The notes beneath the pieces are model-generated. The model was not told where the DNA came from and searched no databases. It worked only from the letters and a program-made list of their open reading frames with translations. Shown piece by piece: positions 58,626 through 64,000 of a stretch of DNA of 64,000 bases. The translations under genes and the position numbers were made by a program. The stretch's first letter is position 1. Each line of letters starts with the position of its first letter. The stretch is taken from assembly GCA_963718525.1 (NCBI GenBank), contig OY970355.1:1120001-1184000 (forward strand). Reading direction: 5' to 3'. This DNA is from Candidatus Dormiibacterota bacterium. Lineage in GTDB: Bacteria > Chloroflexota > Dormibacteria > Aeolococcales > Aeolococcaceae.

Positions 58626-59348
58626 TCAGGAAGCGACTTCCATGCGCGCGCCGAGCAACCCCAACTCGATGTCGTGCATCACGGTGATGCGGAAAGCCTG
58701 ACGTGCGGCCGCGTCGAGCTCCGGCGCGATCGTCTCGTTGCGGGGGCGGCCGATCCACGGGGGTTGATGGCGGCCCATGGGCTCGCCCGCGACCCGGACC
58801 ACCACCGCGCGGTCATCCTCCTCATCGACCTCGATGGACACGTGCTGGAGGACGCCCGTGCTGTCGACCAGGGTCCACGACCGAAGCCAGACGGGCATCG
58901 TGCTTCCCGGCACCCGCACCGGGCGCACCGCGCCACTGACAACGTACGCGTCCTTGTGGGGAGCATCAGCGGTCAGCGCAATCCTGACGGCGGTGTCAAG
59001 CTCCCCGCCCACCCAGGTGGCGAGCGAAGGTGCGCGGTTCTCGACGTCCGGAAGCATGTGGGTGAAGAAGCCGTTCGAAAGCGAGGGCGCCACCGTCGCA
59101 TGGCGGCGGCAGTAGGGGAGCCCCAGGACGATGCGGCTGTGTTCGTCACACCAGGTCGTGCCGCACTTCACCTGACGGCGATCGACGTACGTGCAGCGGC
59201 AGGTGGCAGGCTTCGAGCATTCCCCGTCCAGACACTTGCCCAGCGCGTGGCTCTCGCTGTCAGCCGACCCGGCGTCGCCCGACTGCCTCCTGGAGAGCCG
59301 CTGCCACGGCTTCAGCTTGTCCACTGTCGATAACTCCTCGGCACCCAC
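58626..59348 (-). CDS. Hypothetical protein with Cys/His-rich N-terminal domain
   Basis: C....C.....CRC.YVDRR...C...WC..H...YCRRH; start uncertain. Confidence 0.6.
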   Translation of the reverse strand: MGAEELSTVDKLKPWQRLSRRQSGDAGSADSESHALGKCLDGECSKPATCRCTYVDRRQVKCGTTWCDEHSRIVLGLPYCRRHATVAPSLSNGFFTHMLPDVENRAPSLATWVGGELDTAVRIALTADAPHKDAYVVSGAVRPVRVPGSTMPVWLRSWTLVDSTGVLQHVSIEVDEEDDRAVVVRVAGEPMGRHQPPWIGRPRNETIAPELDAAARQAFRITVMHDIELGLLGARMEVAS

Positions 59349-59567
59349 AACCGGCGCCAGGACCCCAGCCTAGCCGCCTTTCCGCCTCGATCACGATGGG
59401 TGCATCATCTTGTTACGTCTCGGATGCGTGCCGTGACCCGAGCCGCCGTCCCCGGCAATGGTGGGATCATCGCCGCGACGCCCGAGCTTACGACATGCAC
59501 TGCGGTCGATCGATGCAGCGTGCGCGCGAACTCGGGACGGGGCCTGCGCTGTGCGAGGAGGTATCAC

Positions 59568-60356
59568 GTGGCCGACGGCCGGATGGTCGATCTCAACGCC
59601 GATCTGGGTGAAAGCTTCGGCGCCTACACCCTCGGCGCCGACGCTCAGGTGATGCAGCTCATCACGTCGGCGAATGTGGCCTGCGCCATGCACGCCGGCG
59701 ACCCTCGAATCATGGACGACACCGTGCAGCTGAGTCGAGACGCCGCTATTTCGATCGGCGCCCACCCTGGCTTCCCGGACCTGGTGGGATTCGGGAGGCG
59801 AGTTCTCGACGCGACTCCACGCGACGTTGAAACCGACGTTGTGTTCCAGATCGGTGCGCTGAGCGGCTTCTGCCGCCGCCACAACGTCGCGCTCGAGCAC
59901 GTCAAAGCCCACGGGGCGCTGTACAACGTTGCCGTTGGGGATCCGTCGATTGCGAAGGCGATCGCAGCAGCCGTGGCCAGCTTTGACACCAACCTCATCT
60001 TTGTCGCCCCGTTCGGTTCCAGCCTGGCGCAGGCCGGGCGCGACGCCGGCCTTCAGGTGGCTCTCGAAGGGTTCGCCGACAGGGCATACACGGCTGACGG
60101 AAGGCTCGCATCCCGAAGGCTGCCGGGTTCGGTGATTCACGATCCGGCTCTCGCCGCCGAGCGTGCGGTGCAGATGATCGACGACGGGACGGTCGAAACC
60201 ATCGACGGCGCGACGCTGCCGATTCAGGTCCACACCATCTGCGTCCATGGAGATAATCCGAACGCGGTGGAGATCCTGAAGGAGGTGCGCTCCGCGCTCG
60301 CCGGTCGCGGCATCCGGTTGGGCAGCATGCGCGCGGTGCTCAACGCGGCTTCGTGA
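59568..60356 (+). CDS. pxpA: 5-oxoprolinase subunit A (LamB/YcsF)
   Basis: DLNADLGE, SANVAC..HAGDP, GAHP, HVKAHGALYN, FADRAY, TICVHGD; SD AGGAGG. Confidence 0.95.
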   Translation: MADGRMVDLNADLGESFGAYTLGADAQVMQLITSANVACAMHAGDPRIMDDTVQLSRDAAISIGAHPGFPDLVGFGRRVLDATPRDVETDVVFQIGALSGFCRRHNVALEHVKAHGALYNVAVGDPSIAKAIAAAVASFDTNLIFVAPFGSSLAQAGRDAGLQVALEGFADRAYTADGRLASRRLPGSVIHDPALAAERAVQMIDDGTVETIDGATLPIQVHTICVHGDNPNAVEILKEVRSALAGRGIRLGSMRAVLNAAS

Positions 60357-61036
60357 TCCGCGACATCATCGCTGCGGGGGAATGCGGCGCCTACGTCAGG
60401 TTCGGAACCGACATCGACCTGGGTACAAGCAGGACCATCCAGGCATTCGCATCCGCGCTGCGCGCCCTGCGACGGCCCGAGATCACAGACATCGTGCCCG
60501 GATATGTCTCGCTGTACATCGAATTCGATGTCCTGCTCGTGACATTGCGCGACGTGCAACGCATCGTTGAGGGCATCGATCCCATCGAGCTGCCGCGCCT
60601 TGAATCCGAGCCGGTCATCGAGGTCGGCGTGTATTACGGCGGCGAATATGGACCGGATCTCGCCCAGGTGGCCGCGGACTGCCGCATGTCGGAAGCCGAC
60701 GTCGTCGACATTCACTCGTCGAGCGAATACGAGGTGTTCTTCCTCGGGTTCACGCCCGGTTTCCCCTTCCTGGGAGTCGTTGACGAGCGCATCGCAGTGC
60801 CGCGTCTGGCCCGCCCGCGCACCAGGGTGCCGGCGGGTGCTGTTGGCATGGCGGGGCGGCAGACAGGTGTGTACCCGGTTGCGAGTCCCGGTGGCTGGCG
60901 TCTGATCGGGAGAACACCGGACAGGATGGTGGATCTTTCAGGACCGGAGCCTCAATTCCTGCTGATACCCGGCCGCCGGGTGCGGTTCGTTCCCAGAGAC
61001 CCCGGCGGGTTCTCCGCGAACGCTGGTCGCGAGTAG
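60353..61036 (+). CDS. pxpB: 5-oxoprolinase subunit B
   Basis: YGPDL, GFTPGFPFL, PRTRVPAG.V, SPGGWRLIGRT. Confidence 0.93.
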   Translation: MIRDIIAAGECGAYVRFGTDIDLGTSRTIQAFASALRALRRPEITDIVPGYVSLYIEFDVLLVTLRDVQRIVEGIDPIELPRLESEPVIEVGVYYGGEYGPDLAQVAADCRMSEADVVDIHSSSEYEVFFLGFTPGFPFLGVVDERIAVPRLARPRTRVPAGAVGMAGRQTGVYPVASPGGWRLIGRTPDRMVDLSGPEPQFLLIPGRRVRFVPRDPGGFSANAGRE

Positions 61037-61054
61037 GCGGGAGCGGGTACCCAT

Positions 61055-62002
61055 ATGGTCGGCACCGTTCGCGTGCTGCGATCCGGTCCACGAACGACGG
61101 TCCAGGACGGTGGCCGGCACGGTTACCAACACATCGGCTTCGGCGTCGCGGGGGCATCCGACGAGCGCTGCGCCCGATTGGCGAATCACCTCGTCGGGAA
61201 TGGCCCGGATGCAGCGATCCTGGAGTCGACCATACAGGGACCCCGGCTCCAGTTCACGGGGTCGGCTCAGCTGAGCGTCGTCGGATGCGATCCCGCGATC
61301 ACGGTGAACGGCGTCGTAACGGACGGCAACTGCACGCTGACGCTGGCGCCTGGGGATGTCGTCGATGTCGCACGGACCGGTGGAGCGCGGGCATACATCG
61401 GTATTCGTGGCGGCGTCAGCGTGCCGCTCGCACTCAACTCTCGATCGACGGACCTGGTCGCGGGCTTTGGTGGCCATCATGGGAGGCCGATCCAGCAGGG
61501 CGATGAATTCGACATTGCCCTCGCGGATCCGATCCGGCGGCGAGGCATTCGGGAGCCCTGGCGTCCGGTCAGGCGGGTGTCCATCGAGGTCCGCTGTGTC
61601 CTCGGCCCTGAAGCGGAACTGTTCACCGACCGCGAGCACGAGGTGTTCATCACCTCGCCCTACCTTGTGCACCACGACTCCAACAGCATGGGGCTGCGCC
61701 TCGACGGCTCGGTGGTCGCCTCACCGCGGCACATCCTCTCTGAAGGTCAGCCCGCGGGCTCCGTCCAGATCCCTCCCGGTGGTCAGCCGATCGTGTTGCT
61801 GCCGGCGCGGCAGACACTCGGCGGCTACCCCAAGATTGCCGTGGTCGTCCGTCCGGATCTGTCGATGCTCGCGCAGGCGCTCCCCGGGGACACCGTCAAC
61901 TTCACACGGATCGAGATCGAAAACGCGACGGCGCTGACGCGGCGGTGGCTCCGTGACCTGACGACTGCGGCAACCGTGACCGACATGCTCGAGGCCGGCT
62001 AG
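61055..62002 (+). CDS. pxpC: 5-oxoprolinase subunit C
   Basis: TTVQDGGR.G, ANHLVGN, SRST, NSMGLRL, GSVQIPPGGQP, TLGGYPK. Confidence 0.93.
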   Translation: MVGTVRVLRSGPRTTVQDGGRHGYQHIGFGVAGASDERCARLANHLVGNGPDAAILESTIQGPRLQFTGSAQLSVVGCDPAITVNGVVTDGNCTLTLAPGDVVDVARTGGARAYIGIRGGVSVPLALNSRSTDLVAGFGGHHGRPIQQGDEFDIALADPIRRRGIREPWRPVRRVSIEVRCVLGPEAELFTDREHEVFITSPYLVHHDSNSMGLRLDGSVVASPRHILSEGQPAGSVQIPPGGQPIVLLPARQTLGGYPKIAVVVRPDLSMLAQALPGDTVNFTRIEIENATALTRRWLRDLTTAATVTDMLEAG

Positions 62003-62014
62003 GTCGGTGGTCCC

Positions 62015-63295
62015 ATGAACCAGGGCCCGCTGGCGATTCTCAACCGCGACGCCCGCGTGCTCTTCGCTGCACGCACTGGGCGGATGTTTGCCTATGGCTT
62101 CGTTTCCGTGATCCTCGTGATCTACCTTGCGGCCCTGGGCTTCGACGGTCTGCACATCGGCCTGCTGCTCACCCTCACGCTGGTCGGCGATGCGGCGATC
62201 AGCCTGTGGCTGACGACGCACGCTGACGCCCTCGGCCGGCGGCGCGTCCTCCAGGTTGGGGCGCTGCTGATGGCCGGCGCGGGAATCGCCTTCACGCTGT
62301 CCGGCAACTTCTGGATACTCCTCGTGGCGGCCACCATCGGGGTCATCAGCGTCAGCGGCAGCGAGGTGGGGCCGTTCATCGCCGTGGAGCAGGCTTCGTT
62401 GAGCCATCTCCTGCCCGCCCGGGAACGGACTCGGGTGTTTGCGTGGTACAGCCTGGTCGGCTCGTTCGCCGTGGCGCTGGGCGCCCTTGCCGCGGGGTCG
62501 CTGGTGAGCGGGCTTCGTGCCATCGGCGCGTCGCCGATCGACAGCGATCGAGCGGTGGTTGTGGGGTATGCGCTGGTGGGTGTGTTGCTGTGGATCGGGT
62601 TCCGGCTGCTTTCACCGGCGATCGAGCTCGACGCGGCGGACCAATCCACGATCGCTGGACGCCTTGGCCTGCATCGATCGCGCGCGACCGTGTTCAGGCT
62701 CTCCGGGTTGTTCGGCCTCGACGCTTTTGGTGGTGCTCTGGTTGCGCAGAGCCTGGTGGCGTACTGGTTCACGCTGCGATACGGAGCGCAGCCGGTGCTG
62801 CTGGGCGTGCTCTTCTTTGTCGCGAATGTCCTCGCCGGCCTGTCCGCGCTGGTTGCGGCCAGTCTTGCCAAGCGCATCGGGCTGATTCGCACCATGGTCT
62901 TCACGCACCTTCCCGGGAACGTTCTGATCATCGCCCTCCCGCTCATGCCCAACCTGTTGCTGGCGGCGCTGGTCCTGTTTGCCCGGTTCAGCGTCAATCA
63001 GATGGACATCCCCGCACGGCAGTCATATCTGCTCGCGGTGGTCGACCCCGACGAACGCTCGGCTGCCGGCGGTGTCACCGCCATCGCACGCACACTCTCG
63101 GCGGCACCGGCACCGTTGCTTTCGACTCCGCTCATCGGAGTCGCCGCCCTCGCGAGCATTCCGTTCTTCGTGGGCGGGGCGCTGAAGCTCACCTACGACC
63201 TGGCGCTCTATATCCTCTTCCGAGCCCTGCACCCGCCCGAGGAGGCTCCCGTGATCACAGAGGTCACGGCATTGGATGCGAGCGGGCCGCGCTGA
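62015..63295 (+). CDS. MFS transporter
   Basis: ADALGRRR, about 12 TMs, MVFTH, QMDIPARQSY. Confidence 0.88.
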   Translation: MNQGPLAILNRDARVLFAARTGRMFAYGFVSVILVIYLAALGFDGLHIGLLLTLTLVGDAAISLWLTTHADALGRRRVLQVGALLMAGAGIAFTLSGNFWILLVAATIGVISVSGSEVGPFIAVEQASLSHLLPARERTRVFAWYSLVGSFAVALGALAAGSLVSGLRAIGASPIDSDRAVVVGYALVGVLLWIGFRLLSPAIELDAADQSTIAGRLGLHRSRATVFRLSGLFGLDAFGGALVAQSLVAYWFTLRYGAQPVLLGVLFFVANVLAGLSALVAASLAKRIGLIRTMVFTHLPGNVLIIALPLMPNLLLAALVLFARFSVNQMDIPARQSYLLAVVDPDERSAAGGVTAIARTLSAAPAPLLSTPLIGVAALASIPFFVGGALKLTYDLALYILFRALHPPEEAPVITEVTALDASGPR

Positions 63296-63346
63296 TCGGA
63301 ATTGCGCCCGCGCGACCGATCCATCTGCACGCGCGCCGGCAAGTCG

Positions 63347-63420
63347 TACCCCGTATCGGATTCGAACCGATGGTCTCCGCCTTGAGAGGGCGGTGTCCTG
63401 GGCCACTAGACGAACGGGGC
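63347..63420 (-). tRNA. tRNA-Glu (CTC)
   Basis: GCCCCGT/ACGGGGT acceptor stem, CCGCC-CTCTCAA-GGCGG anticodon arm, GGTTCGAATCC T-arm; CCA not encoded. Confidence 0.95.
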
Positions 63421-63464
63421 CCGAAGGCCCCGGATCATACCAGCGCCCGGACGTGCCTCCCGGC

Positions 63465-64000
63465 TCAGACCTGGTCGGGGGCGGCCATCCCGAGGGTGTG
63501 CAGCGCATCGGCCAGCGTGACCCGCGTGGCCGCGACCAGCCCGCGCCGGAACCGTCGCATCTGGGAGTCCTCCTCGCGGACGATCGCCGGCGTGTGCTCG
63601 TAGAAGTCGCTGAATGCCGATGCAAGACCGAACGCGTAGGTCGTGAGCAGGGACGGCGAGAGCGCGGCCGCCGTCTCGGTGAGCGCCCGCGCGTACGCCT
63701 CGATGCTGTGGAGCAACTCCCGCTCTGCTGGGTGCAGCTCCGCGGGAAACGCAACCGGCTCAGCGCCGTCGGTGACCTTGCGCAGGATACCGGCGGCCCG
63801 AGCATGCGCGTATTGCAGGTACACCCCAGTGTCACCGGTGACGCGCAGCGCCTCATCGAAGTCGAAGGCGATGATCTGATTCAGTGAGAACTTGAGCAGG
63901 TAGTAGCGCACGGCCCCTGCGGCAACCGCTGTTGCGCTGGCGGCGTCGCGAGCGTTGGCGCTGAGCCGCGCGATCGCTCGGTCCAGCAGATCGTCGGCGC
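63465..64000 (-). CDS. argS: Arginyl-tRNA synthetase, C-terminal fragment
   Basis: VRYYLLK, FDFDEAL, GDTGVYLQYAHARAAGIL, FSDFYE, LHTLGM.APDQV (DALR domain). Confidence 0.93.
   Translation of the reverse strand, partial: ADDLLDRAIARLSANARDAASATAVAAGAVRYYLLKFSLNQIIAFDFDEALRVTGDTGVYLQYAHARAAGILRKVTDGAEPVAFPAELHPAERELLHSIEAYARALTETAAALSPSLLTTYAFGLASAFSDFYEHTPAIVREEDSQMRRFRRGLVAATRVTLADALHTLGMAAPDQV

Noticed and set aside
59380-59567. Structured leader or riboswitch upstream of pxpA
   Set aside because: Only 6-7 bp GC-rich complementarities, expected by chance; no known aptamer consensus.
63296-63420. tRNA-Glu as an integration site for an island
   Set aside because: No integrase and no duplicated tRNA 3' end were seen in the window; flanking genes are ordinary.

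Overview
This is a high-GC, gene-dense chromosomal window from a Gram-positive-type soil bacterium. The gene content resembles Actinomycetota, Chloroflexota or Dormibacterota, which is an inference only. It runs from the 5' end of gyrB/parE to the 3' end of argS. No CRISPR array, rRNA, transposase or prophage is visible. Main blocks in order: (1) NHEJ cluster of LigD, a lipoprotein, an HNH nuclease, Ku, a ligase paralog lacking all catalytic motifs, and an amidinotransferase. (2) PhoP-like two-component system with an ApbE flavinylation/redox cluster and 11-bp-period binding boxes. (3) queG opposite a peptidase-S51/CysRS-tail fusion, a GAF-GGDEF-EAL protein, methylmalonyl-CoA mutase, and a membrane-anchored Topo VI-A/Spo11-like protein. 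(4) A signalling module with a cNMP-binding protein, a REC-class III cyclase with an atypical specificity residue, two paralogous kinases and two regulators. (5) ccr, tam, pckA, ilvE. (6) An HD hydrolase opposite a Rad50/RloC-like ATPase with a HEPN-like tail and a small HEPN-like partner. (7) CIRCE-groEL, an ABC exporter, a degenerate ECF sigma with a very large anti-sigma, pxpABC and tRNA-Glu. The best candidates for an undescribed system are the Ku/pseudo-ligase locus, the Rad50-HEPN plus HEPN pair, and the cyclase/cNMP-effector module. All assignments are by visual motif recognition; no searches were run.
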